Source: Bacillota bacterium (GTDB lineage Bacteria; Bacillota; Sulfobacillia; UBA995). Taken from it: DNA of 64,000 bases. Shown piece after piece: positions 30,005 through 38,631 of the stretch. Position 1 is the stretch's first letter; the number at the start of each line of letters is the position of its first letter. A program made the position numbers and the translations under genes. Under the pieces are notes generated by a model. The model had not been told where the DNA came from, did not search any database, and saw only the letters and a program-made list of their open reading frames with translations. The stretch spans positions 1,781 through 65,780 of the forward strand of contig DATIKW010000041.1 in NCBI GenBank assembly GCA_035477115.1, given 5' to 3'.

Positions 30005-31444
30005 TTGCCCAAGGATTGGGAAGCCTACGAGGGTTACGTGCACGGGCTGCTGGAGCGCCACGGCGCGCCGGGCATGTCCGTGGCAGTCGCCAGGGACGGT
30101 GAGATTGTCTACCAGCATGGCTTCGGCCACCGCGATCGGGAAGCCGGGTTCTCGAACACTCCGACCACGGTCCACGGCATCGGTTCCATCACCAAGTCCT
30201 TCACCGGTGTGGCCATCATGCAGCTCCAGGAACGGGGTCTCCTTTCGGTGAACGACCCGGTGACCCGGTACCTTCCCGAGTTCCGGGTCAAGGCCGGCGC
30301 CGAGATTGCCAAGAAGATGACCATCCACGACTTCTTGACCCACTCCAGCGGTCTGCCGCCGCTACCCTCGCTCATCTTCGCCATGGCCGACTCGCTGCGT
30401 GAGGACCCGACCATCAGCATGTTCGGAGAGAAGGCGGTCGAGGCACTCGACACCCATCCGCCGCTTCGAACCTACGAGGAACTGATGGATTTCATCGCCA
30501 AGCAGGATTTCGGGCTGCTTGGCAGGCCCGGGCGCTATTTCAGTTACTCCAACGACGCCTACGGTCTGCTCGGGGCAATCATCGAACGAGTCAGCGGTGA
30601 GCCCTATGAGCAGTATGTGATGCGGCATATCGTGGAGCCTGCGGGGATGGACCGCAGCGCCTTCAAGTTGGACCGCCTGCCTGAGGGCGCCGAACTCACG
30701 CAGCTATACGTCAAGAAGCCGGATACCGAAGAGGTCATCGCCGCCCCGGGTTGGTGGGAAAGTCGCCCCATGGCAGCTGCCGGCTTCCTGCGCTCCAACG
30801 TGGGGGACCTCATCCGCTACATGGAGATCTATCGCAACGGCGGCAAGGTGGGCGAGGAGCAAGTCCTCACCGGGGACTCGGTGCGGCAGATGGTCACCCC
30901 GTACATGGACTCGGGGATGGGCGGCGACTATGGCTACGGGCTGATGCTGACGGTCAATTACCACGGCTTCTCGCTGGTGGAGCACGGAGGAGGCATAAAA
31001 GGTGTATCCGCCTATGTCACTTCGGTGCCCGAGGCGGGGATCACCGGGGCAGCCCTGGCCAACCTGGGAGGCGTCCCCTCCAGTCAGGCCCTAACCGCCG
31101 CCGTCAATACCCTCTTGGGGTTGCCGCTAGCCGGCCGGCGCTTCCCGCAACGGGACTACCGTTACCCTGAGGACCACCTGGCGTCGCTCACCGGCATGTA
31201 CCCCTCGGGGGAGGGGCTTCTGCCGCCGACCAGGATCGTCATCGGCCAGGCGGGCCTGGAGGCCCACATGCACCCCAAGGTCTACCCCGTACGCATGATC
31301 GGTCCCTATCAGGGCATCGTCGAAATGTACGGGCCGCAAGACGAGGGCATGCCGATAACCTTCCTGCGTAACGACCTGGGGGACGTGTTCGCGGTGGCGA
31401 TGGGGGCCAGGATGATGTTGAAGAAGGATCTGGAGCAGAGCTGA
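30005..31444 (+). CDS. Serine hydrolase of the beta-lactamase/S12 family (D-aminopeptidase or D-Ala-D-Ala carboxypeptidase-like), paralog 1
   Basis: SITKSF (SxxK) active-site motif. The likely start is TTG 30005, 7 nt after GAGGGAGG. This aligns its N-terminus with the paralog at 33819-35231. Confidence 0.75.
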   Translation: MPKDWEAYEGYVHGLLERHGAPGMSVAVARDGEIVYQHGFGHRDREAGFSNTPTTVHGIGSITKSFTGVAIMQLQERGLLSVNDPVTRYLPEFRVKAGAEIAKKMTIHDFLTHSSGLPPLPSLIFAMADSLREDPTISMFGEKAVEALDTHPPLRTYEELMDFIAKQDFGLLGRPGRYFSYSNDAYGLLGAIIERVSGEPYEQYVMRHIVEPAGMDRSAFKLDRLPEGAELTQLYVKKPDTEEVIAAPGWWESRPMAAAGFLRSNVGDLIRYMEIYRNGGKVGEEQVLTGDSVRQMVTPYMDSGMGGDYGYGLMLTVNYHGFSLVEHGGGIKGVSAYVTSVPEAGITGAALANLGGVPSSQALTAAVNTLLGLPLAGRRFPQRDYRYPEDHLASLTGMYPSGEGLLPPTRIVIGQAGLEAHMHPKVYPVRMIGPYQGIVEMYGPQDEGMPITFLRNDLGDVFAVAMGARMMLKKDLEQS

Positions 31445-31658
31445 CCCGGCCCGTAGCTGCTGCGGCCCGGGCGACCACCGACATGGGGGAAGCCCGGGAA
31501 GGTCACCACGCCCCTCGTCCGGAGCATGGTGGATATCGGTTGCGCGGGCTGGAGGCGCTCGGGCTCGCCGGGCTGGAGCCCCAGGGCATGGCAGCCTACG
31601 TCGGAGAGGGTCTCCCGTGCTGAGTCCACTGTAACGGGTTAGAGGAGGAAGATCAGAT

Positions 31659-32804
31659 ATGGGCGAGGGACCCCGGCGGTCGGCGGAACGGGCCCGGGAA
31701 TTGCACGTTAGGAGCATAGTGGTCGATACCCTCTCGGGAGGTCCTTCCCTCTTCACCGACCGGATGACCGAGCGGGCCAAGCGGGTGCTCGAGGAGGGAA
31801 AGTCGGGAATCGAGGCGGTGGTGGCGGCCGAGCAGGAGATGGTCCGCGAGTTGGCCGAGGACGCCGGGTGCAGGGAGCACTACCGCCGGATGTGGGACGA
31901 GGGCGGCGTAACCTGCGCCTCGCTGACCCTGGGAGGTCTCGGGAGCCCGCCTTTCTCCTTCCGTTCGGGGCTCGAGAGCCTGGCCCGGACCACCCGGGTG
32001 CTGGATGCCTGCGACGACTGGCTGGCGAAGGTGACCCGGGCGGAACAGGTCCGCCTGGCCCACGACGCGGGAAAGCACGGTCTTATCCTGAACTTCCAGA
32101 ACACCACCCACTTCGGCCTCGATCTCGACCGGCTGGACCTCTTCTATGATTTCGGGGTTCGCATCATTCAGTTGACCTACAACCAGCGGAACTTCGTGGG
32201 CGACGGCTGCACGGAGCGGACCGACGCCGGCCTCAGCCACTTCGGCGTGGAACTGGTGCGCCGCTTGAACCGCATGGGCGTACTGGTCGACCTTTCCCAC
32301 TCGGGGTCGGCGACCGCGTGGGATGCTATCCGGGTCTCCGAGAAACCGGTGGCCTTTACTCACACGTTCTGTCGAGCGCTGTCCGAGCACGACCGGGGTA
32401 AGCCGGACGAACTCCTCCGAGCGGTGGCGGAGACAGGGGGCTACATTGGCATGGTGACCGTTCCCTTCTTCATCTCTTCTGAGCCGCAGCCCACCCTGAA
32501 GGACGTCGTCCGGCATGTGCGGCACGCGGTGGAGGTCGCCGGCATCGACCACGTGGGCATCGGCACCGACTGGGGAGCCGTCTATCCCCGGGAACTGGCA
32601 GACGCGCTGAACCGGGAGATGGGGTTGATCGGATTCCGTGCCGAGCACCGGGTGGACTGGAACGCCACCATGCCCGATTACCGCTCCTGGCAGGACTGGC
32701 CCGGCATCACCGCCTCGTTGCTCGAGGACGGCTTCACCAAGGAGGAAGTGCAGAAGCTGCTCGGCCTGAATTTCCTCAGGGTCTTCGAGCAGACGGTGGG
32801 CTGA
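31659..32804 (+). CDS. Membrane dipeptidase, M19 family (renal-dipeptidase-like)
   Basis: HVDTL-type start (VVDTL), RIIQLTYNQRN, VDLSHSG and GIGTDWG motifs. The RBS is GGAGGAAG. Confidence 0.8.
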   Translation: MGEGPRRSAERARELHVRSIVVDTLSGGPSLFTDRMTERAKRVLEEGKSGIEAVVAAEQEMVRELAEDAGCREHYRRMWDEGGVTCASLTLGGLGSPPFSFRSGLESLARTTRVLDACDDWLAKVTRAEQVRLAHDAGKHGLILNFQNTTHFGLDLDRLDLFYDFGVRIIQLTYNQRNFVGDGCTERTDAGLSHFGVELVRRLNRMGVLVDLSHSGSATAWDAIRVSEKPVAFTHTFCRALSEHDRGKPDELLRAVAETGGYIGMVTVPFFISSEPQPTLKDVVRHVRHAVEVAGIDHVGIGTDWGAVYPRELADALNREMGLIGFRAEHRVDWNATMPDYRSWQDWPGITASLLEDGFTKEEVQKLLGLNFLRVFEQTVG

Positions 32805-32903
32805 CGGCCGGGCGGGTAGGCCGGTAAGACGCTTCGGGAACCCGTCCGGGCACAGGGTCTGCCTATGTTTGCGATGCCGGCCGCCGCTTGCCTGGGCCGA
32901 GGG

Positions 32904-33440
32904 TCAAGGCTCGGGATGATCGGGACACGGGATGTCCAAGGCGCGGCTCATGGCATCCATGAAGTGTGTCACGTCCCGTCTCAGTTGAGCCACCGCCCCG
33001 GGGAGCTGCCGGAGCAGTTCAACCGTCCTGCCGGCGTCAAGCACGAAACCATAGATGTTCCTGAATAAGTGCCGGAAACGCCGGTACTCATCAAGAATCC
33101 TCGACGTTCCGTCCGATATCAGCCCAGGACGGATCCCCCTTACCGGCATGCTCATCTGTCGCAGGAGTTCCGCATGCCAGTCTGATCCGCGCGGCAATCC
33201 GGCGCCATCAATGGAGCGAGCTACCACCCTGGCCATATTCTCAAAGCAGTTGTAGAAGTCCTGAAGATACGAACCGACTATTCGGGCTGCGTTCTCGTCC
33301 GACAGAGGAAATCCCCCAACCCTGTCCGACATAACCTCTGGGTACAGCCCCAGATCCGTGAGTTTCGCGAGTACAGCCTCGAGGTTCTTCAGTTCGTCTC
33401 GGAGACGGGCCTCGGCCAACAAATACCCCTGCACTTTCAT
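32904..33440 (-). CDS. HepT-like (DUF86/nucleotidyltransferase substrate-binding) putative toxin
   Basis: The start overlaps the upstream MNT stop (ATGA). The C-terminal region carries an R-x4-HxF/Y-like motif (YRRFRHLFRN). The protein is longer than canonical HepT. Confidence 0.5.
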   Translation of the reverse strand: MKVQGYLLAEARLRDELKNLEAVLAKLTDLGLYPEVMSDRVGGFPLSDENAARIVGSYLQDFYNCFENMARVVARSIDGAGLPRGSDWHAELLRQMSMPVRGIRPGLISDGTSRILDEYRRFRHLFRNIYGFVLDAGRTVELLRQLPGAVAQLRRDVTHFMDAMSRALDIPCPDHPEP

Positions 33441-33787
33441 AGCTTCACTCCTCGCCGAAGGACATGCTCAACGAGGGACGGTGCGGCATCCTCCCTGCGG
33501 ACAATGCTCAACGGAAACGGGTCGGCCACCATTCCCGCATCGGAGTACATCTTCCAGAAGGGACCGGCGAACCCGTCTACCATCACATCGATGTCCGAGT
33601 GCGCGTCGAATCCCCCTTCCACCAAAGAGCCATATACGACCACTTCTGAGACCCCGTACTCATCTTTCAGCATGGCCGCAATTCGCCGTGCTCGATCCAT
33701 AGCTTCCTCCCGGAGCAGGCTGAGTTCCCTTTCCTGTTCCCGGGAGATGGCTCGCCGGATCGCGCCGCAATACCAGGAATCGGTCAT
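33437..33787 (-). CDS. Minimal nucleotidyltransferase (MntA-like antitoxin)
   Basis: YGSLVEGGFDAHSDIDV is the GS-x9-DxD nucleotidyltransferase motif. The true start is ATG 33787 (MTDSWY..). The tracked 249-aa ORF has a low-complexity N-terminal extension. Confidence 0.7.
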   Translation of the reverse strand: MTDSWYCGAIRRAISREQERELSLLREEAMDRARRIAAMLKDEYGVSEVVVYGSLVEGGFDAHSDIDVMVDGFAGPFWKMYSDAGMVADPFPLSIVRREDAAPSLVEHVLRRGVKL

Positions 33788-33818
33788 CTCCGCTACTATT
33801 CGCTCCCCACCGGCAACA

Positions 33819-35231
33819 TCATACCGGGCCGATCCGCCGCAGCTTGTACCGTTCGTACAGCACCTCCACCGTCTCGCCTTTCCGGTTGAACTCGACGGTG
33901 CTCCGGCGGCCGGCAGCAAGGGTGAAGAAGCGGGGCGCACCGCCCTGCAGCACCTCGGGGATGAGGGGCACGTTCTCCTGGTGGTGCTTGTCCTTGAACT
34001 CCGCCTGCAACAGGTCTCCCTTGCGGCGGAACGTGATCTGCATCGTACCCTTGAAGGTCTCGTATACCCCCGCGAGGCTGTCGAGCATCCGCTCAATCCG
34101 CAGGAAAGGCAGGCGGTCCGGGTCCTCGCCGATGAGGGCGGCCAGGCCCGCCATGCCCAGCTGGCCTGCGGCATAGCCGGCTCCATTGGCCAGCACGGCG
34201 ACGGCGACGTCGCGGGCGGGGATGAACCCGATGTAGGCGGTGGCCACGCCCACGCTGCCGCCGTGGCCGACCAGGCGGTGGCCGAAGAAGTCGGGGTAGG
34301 CGTGCAGGCCGTAGCCGTAAGTCCCCGGCTGATCGAGGAGGGCGGGAGAGCCGTGGCTTTCCAGCCACCCGGAGGCGGGGAGGCGCACCCGGCCCTCCAT
34401 CATGGCCTGGATGGAAGCATCGGCGGCGATCCGCCCGCCGCCATCGGGGGTGCCGCCGCCCAAGAGGAACATCCGCAGGTAACGGATGAGGTCGGGCACA
34501 CTGGAGATGAGCCCGCCGTCGGCCAGGATCCGGCCGAAGGAATAGCGGCTGGCAAGGGGATCGCCGTCGCTGGTGATGAGGTGCGGGGTCGCGGCGTCGG
34601 CATCGGCCTCGACGGCCGCTCGGGCGAACGTGCTCCGCCGCATGCCCAGCGGGTCGAGGATGTGCTGGCGCAGGTAGTCGGGATAGGACAACCCGGAGAC
34701 CCGCTCGATGATCTCGCCCAGCAACACATAGCCCTCGTTCAAGTAGAACCAGCGCTCGCCGGGGCGGGTCTCGACCCAGTCCTCGGCGCCGCGCATGAAG
34801 GTCAACAGGTCGTCGACGCTGGCGATGGGCAGCCACTTTTCGGTGGAGCCGTGCTCTCGGGACAGCACCGCCTCGGCGTAAGCCAGGGCGGGGATGCCGC
34901 TGGTATGGGTCATGAGGTGCCGGAGGCGGATGCGCTCGCCGAAGGGCCGGATGGGCAGGGGAACGTACTCCTCCACGGGGTCGTCCACCGACAGCTTGCC
35001 CTGCTCCTGTAGCTGCATCAGGGCAAGACAGGTGAAGGACTTGGTGACGCTGCCGATGGCGTACAGCGTCTCCGGCGTGGCGGGCAGGCCGTCCTTCAGG
35101 TCGCGGAAGCCATAGCCCCGCTGGTGGACCACGTCGGCCCCCGCCAGGAGGGCCAGGCTGACGCCGGGGAGGTGGGTCTGTCCCATCTTTTCCAGGATGA
35201 ACGCGTCAAGGGCGGCAAAGCGGCCGGGCAT
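33819..35231 (-). CDS. Serine hydrolase of the beta-lactamase/S12 family, paralog 2
   Basis: SVTKSF motif. It is collinear with paralog 1 throughout. The chosen start is ATG 35231, after GGAGGTGA; an alternative is 35273. Confidence 0.75.
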   Translation of the reverse strand: MPGRFAALDAFILEKMGQTHLPGVSLALLAGADVVHQRGYGFRDLKDGLPATPETLYAIGSVTKSFTCLALMQLQEQGKLSVDDPVEEYVPLPIRPFGERIRLRHLMTHTSGIPALAYAEAVLSREHGSTEKWLPIASVDDLLTFMRGAEDWVETRPGERWFYLNEGYVLLGEIIERVSGLSYPDYLRQHILDPLGMRRSTFARAAVEADADAATPHLITSDGDPLASRYSFGRILADGGLISSVPDLIRYLRMFLLGGGTPDGGGRIAADASIQAMMEGRVRLPASGWLESHGSPALLDQPGTYGYGLHAYPDFFGHRLVGHGGSVGVATAYIGFIPARDVAVAVLANGAGYAAGQLGMAGLAALIGEDPDRLPFLRIERMLDSLAGVYETFKGTMQITFRRKGDLLQAEFKDKHHQENVPLIPEVLQGGAPRFFTLAAGRRSTVEFNRKGETVEVLYERYKLRRIGPV

Positions 35232-35308
35232 GCGATCACCTCCGCGGTAATCGGACCAGGCAGGCAGTTCCACAAGCGGGTTTCCCTCACCTGTTCGGGC
35301 GTGATAAT

Positions 35309-36331
35309 ATGGACCAAGATCGTCTTGGGAGTGGTGGCCAGTTGGGCGAGGAAATCGTCTTCTCAGGCATTCAGCCGAGCGGCAGGATTCACGTCGGCAA
35401 CTACCTGGGGGCGATAAGGAACTGGGTGAGGCTCCAGGATCAGCACCTCTGCTATTACTGCGTGGTGGACTACCACGCGATCACGTCGCCTTACGAGCCA
35501 GGGGCATTCCCCCAGGCCGTGCTGGATGCCGTGGCCGCCAACGTCGCCGCCGGACTCGACCCGGATCGCTCGGTCATCTTCGTCCAGTCCCAGGTGCCCG
35601 AGCACACCGAGCTATGCTGGATCCTGAGCGCCGTCACCCCCGCGGGGGAGTTGCAGCGGATGACGCAGTACAAGGACCGGGCCCGGGTGCGCCGCGAGGT
35701 GGTCAACGCCGGCGTGCTCACCTACCCCATATTGCAGGCGGCGGACATCCTGGCGTACAAGGGAACGCTCGTGCCGATAGGCGAGGATCAGGCGCAACAC
35801 CTGGAGCTGACCCGGGAAATAGCCAGGAAGTTCAACGCCGCCTACGGGCCCACCTTTCCCGAGCCGCAAGTGTCATTCAGCCCATCGCCCCGGATCATGT
35901 CGCTGAGCGATCCCAGGGTGAAGATGTCCAAGAGCAGTCCCGGCAGCTATCTATCGCTGATGGCGGAACCGGCGGCAATCCGGGAGACGGTGGCCCGCGC
36001 CGTCACCGACACGGGACCGACTCCTGGCGGCGAGATGAGCCCCGGAGTCGCGACGCTATTCCACCTGCTCGATGCCTTCGCCCCGGACGGGACTGCGGAG
36101 CGTTTCCGCGCCGCACACCGGGAGGGAGGTTTGCGTTATTCGGAGTTGAAGACTTGCCTGGCGGAGTGCCTGATAGAGCGCCTCGAACCCATCCGCCGCC
36201 GGTACCGGGAGTTGATGGCCCGGCCGGAGACGCTGAAAGCTATCGTGCGTCACGGCACGGCCCGGGCTCGGCCGGCGGCCTGCGCCACCCTGGAGGAAGT
36301 GCGCGAGAAGATCGGCATCCTCAAGATCTAG
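35309..36331 (+). CDS. trpS: Tryptophan--tRNA ligase
   Basis: SGIQPSGRIHVGNYLGA (HIGH-class motif) and KMSKS are present. Length is 340 aa. Confidence 0.9.
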   Translation: MDQDRLGSGGQLGEEIVFSGIQPSGRIHVGNYLGAIRNWVRLQDQHLCYYCVVDYHAITSPYEPGAFPQAVLDAVAANVAAGLDPDRSVIFVQSQVPEHTELCWILSAVTPAGELQRMTQYKDRARVRREVVNAGVLTYPILQAADILAYKGTLVPIGEDQAQHLELTREIARKFNAAYGPTFPEPQVSFSPSPRIMSLSDPRVKMSKSSPGSYLSLMAEPAAIRETVARAVTDTGPTPGGEMSPGVATLFHLLDAFAPDGTAERFRAAHREGGLRYSELKTCLAECLIERLEPIRRRYRELMARPETLKAIVRHGTARARPAACATLEEVREKIGILKI

Positions 36332-36492
36332 GTCTGGCGCTTGCGCGACCGGAGGTCGTGCAGGAGTTCATCGAAGTCGTCCTGGTTGTCGGCGGCGGCA
36401 TCGTCGGGCGGGGCCCGGCGCTCATGGAGGTAGTAGGCGAACGCCGCCGCGGCCAGCAGGAAAGCGATGATGCTCAGGATCAGCCAGAACAA
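36328..36492 (-). CDS. Possible small single-TM protein (54 aa), convergent and overlapping the trpS stop
   Basis: TTG start 9 nt after GGGGG. It has one hydrophobic helix (FWLILSIIAFLLAAAAFAYYL) followed by an acidic tail. I see no recognisable family. Confidence 0.25.
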   Translation of the reverse strand: MFWLILSIIAFLLAAAAFAYYLHERRAPPDDAAADNQDDFDELLHDLRSRKRQT

Positions 36493-36586
36493 TGTACCCA
36501 GCCCCCTGGTGTGCCTGCAGGTATTATGTCCCGATCCGCTGGAAGCCTGACGGCAGGCCCGCGGCATCGCTGGAGGAGGCGAAGGC

Positions 36587-37747
36587 GTGGAAGACCGGAT
36601 GATGGCAACGGTGAAGCGGATGGCCGTGCCCCGGGGCCCGGGGTCGGCGGGCGAGAGAGCGGCAGGGGAATATGTGAGCGAACGGCTGAGGGACCTGGGG
36701 CTCGACGTCCGAGCGGAGACCTTTCGCGCCCCGTCGACTTTCTCCTGGGTGTACTTGCTGCTGTATGTGGCGCCCGGCGCTGCCGTGGCTGCGGCCGCCT
36801 ACCGTCCGCTGGCCGGAGTGGCGCTGGCCCTCGGCGGGCTGCTGCTCTTCTACCTCGAACTCGACTTCCGCGAGTTGCTGGGCCACGCCTTCCGCTGGTC
36901 GCGTTCATCGAACATCATCGGACGGGCAGCCCAGGGCGGGACGCGGGGGATCCCGGTCATCCTGATGGCGCACCGGGACTCCTCCAAGGCAGCGCTGAAC
37001 TTCCGGCCGGGGCTGGTGGAAGGTTTTCGCCGGTCTTTCCTGGGCATGGTCGCCGCCTACCTGTTCACGCCCATCCTCCTGGCGGCGTATGCGGCGAGCG
37101 GCGCGAGCGCGCTGTGGTGGCTCAGCTTCGTGCCCGCGGGTTACCTGCTACTGAGCGCAGGCTTCCTCCTGCACCGGGAGATCGCAGACCAGGTGACGCG
37201 GGGGGCCAACGACAACGCATCGGGGGTCGCCGTGCTCCTCGCCCTGGTCGAGACCTGGACCCGCACGCCGCCTCGACACCTTGAACTATGGGCGGTCATC
37301 ACCGGTGCCGAGGAGTCGGGGACCTGGGGCGGGGCGGACTTCCTCCGCCGGCACGGCCGCGGCCTGAAGGATGCCCTGTTCCTGAACTTCGACAATGTGG
37401 GTGCCGGCCAGGTGCACTACGTCGATGCCGAAGGATCCTTGCGGGGGTATCGCGCCTCGCCGCGGCTACTCGCCGCAGCGGAGGCGGCCGGGCGGCGAAG
37501 GCCCGACCTCAAGGTCAGCCGGGCGGCCTATCGCCTGTTGCCCACCGACGCTACCCGCGCCCTGGCTTGGGGTTACCAGGCGATGAGCCTCCTGGCGACT
37601 GATGAGCGAGGGCTCCTCCCCAACTGGCACTGGCTCACCGACATCCCCGAGGGCGTCGATCCCGAATGCCTGCGACATTGCCATGACTTCGCCTGGGAAC
37701 TGGTGCTCGAACTCGATCGGCGGGCGGGTCAGGGCTGCTCGGAGTAG
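36587..37747 (+). CDS. M28-family metallopeptidase with embedded transmembrane segments
   Basis: GANDNASGVAVLLAL is the M28 signature. Two Zn-ligand regions are present. Confidence 0.75.
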   Translation: MEDRMMATVKRMAVPRGPGSAGERAAGEYVSERLRDLGLDVRAETFRAPSTFSWVYLLLYVAPGAAVAAAAYRPLAGVALALGGLLLFYLELDFRELLGHAFRWSRSSNIIGRAAQGGTRGIPVILMAHRDSSKAALNFRPGLVEGFRRSFLGMVAAYLFTPILLAAYAASGASALWWLSFVPAGYLLLSAGFLLHREIADQVTRGANDNASGVAVLLALVETWTRTPPRHLELWAVITGAEESGTWGGADFLRRHGRGLKDALFLNFDNVGAGQVHYVDAEGSLRGYRASPRLLAAAEAAGRRRPDLKVSRAAYRLLPTDATRALAWGYQAMSLLATDERGLLPNWHWLTDIPEGVDPECLRHCHDFAWELVLELDRRAGQGCSE

Positions 37748-38337
37748 TCGATGATGGATGCCGTCTCGCGCAGTCCCTTGAGCCAAGCCGGCATCCGTTC
37801 GTTCACCGCTTCCCGGAGCAGGTCGGTCACGATCTCCTCGCGCACTTGCTCGAACTCGCCGGCGTAAACGTCAGGTTGTTCGGCATGGCGGGCCCGGGCC
37901 TGTTCCTCGGTGATGGTGACTCCCCGTTCGACCAGCGCCCGGGCGAGCAGGTCGAGTTCTACTTCCCGGCCAAGTGCTGCTTCATCCAGGCCATGAGCGG
38001 CCAGCGCTTGCTGGAAGTGCTCCTCGGACTCGAACTGGCCCCGAATTCCGGCCAGTTCTTGCTCAACCCGGGACGCTTCCACGGTGACACTCAGCTCCTC
38101 AGCGGCCTGCCGGATCAGGACCCTGGTCACTAACCGGTCCACCGTGGCCCGACCGAGCTGGCGATACATGTCCTGATATACCTCGTCCCGGGTGATCACC
38201 TCGCCGTTGACGATCACCGCGGCCGGACGCGGTTCGCGTCCGAGGAAGCTGATGATGGCAGACAAGCTCACCGCTGTTGCCAGGATGGCCAACAGACACA
38301 CGATGACCACGGATCGATTCAGCCGTGCCAAGCCCAA
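37729..38337 (-). CDS. SurA N-terminal-domain chaperone-like protein (PrsA/SurA-like, no PPIase domain)
   Basis: An N-terminal TM anchor is followed by a SurA_N-like helical domain. Confidence 0.55.
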   Translation of the reverse strand: MGLARLNRSVVIVCLLAILATAVSLSAIISFLGREPRPAAVIVNGEVITRDEVYQDMYRQLGRATVDRLVTRVLIRQAAEELSVTVEASRVEQELAGIRGQFESEEHFQQALAAHGLDEAALGREVELDLLARALVERGVTITEEQARARHAEQPDVYAGEFEQVREEIVTDLLREAVNERMPAWLKGLRETASIIDYSEQP

Positions 38338-38432
38338 GCACCCCCATGTAGCTGCATGTCCCTCACATGATGGAGCTTAACACGCCAAGGAGGCATTGGA
38401 TAGGGGAAATACCTGGTAGACCGGCAGACCAC

Positions 38433-38552
38433 CATGCCCCCTGGGGGCACCGCGGGGTACGAAAACGGCAGAAGTGGCTTGGCGGCGGGAGACCGCGTCT
38501 TCGGACGTACGGGGATTCCGCGGGTAGGGGCGGGTTTGGAACCCGCCCCTAC
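38433..38552 (+). repeat. Composite REP-like element, copy B (module 1 plus the perfect hairpin GTAGGGGCGGGTTTGGAACCCGCCCCTAC)
   Basis: Near-identical to copy A over ~120 bp. It lies between two co-directional minus-strand genes. Confidence 0.7.
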
Positions 38553-38631
38553 CATGGGTGCGGCCACGACCGCGAGTTCACTTTGCCGGCAGTCAAGGGA
38601 AGCGGAAGCGGTACTGCCACGCGGGGACGCG

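Noticed and set aside
33504-35012. 502-aa + strand ORF
   Set aside because: It is the antisense of the S12 paralog 2 and the MNT gene. Its composition is non-protein-like (Ala/Gly/Pro/Arg runs).
35614-37284. 556-aa + strand ORF in an alternative frame over trpS and the M28 peptidase
   Set aside because: It is extremely Arg/Gly/Pro-rich and overlaps two well-supported genes in the same orientation but a different frame. It is a typical high-GC frame artefact.
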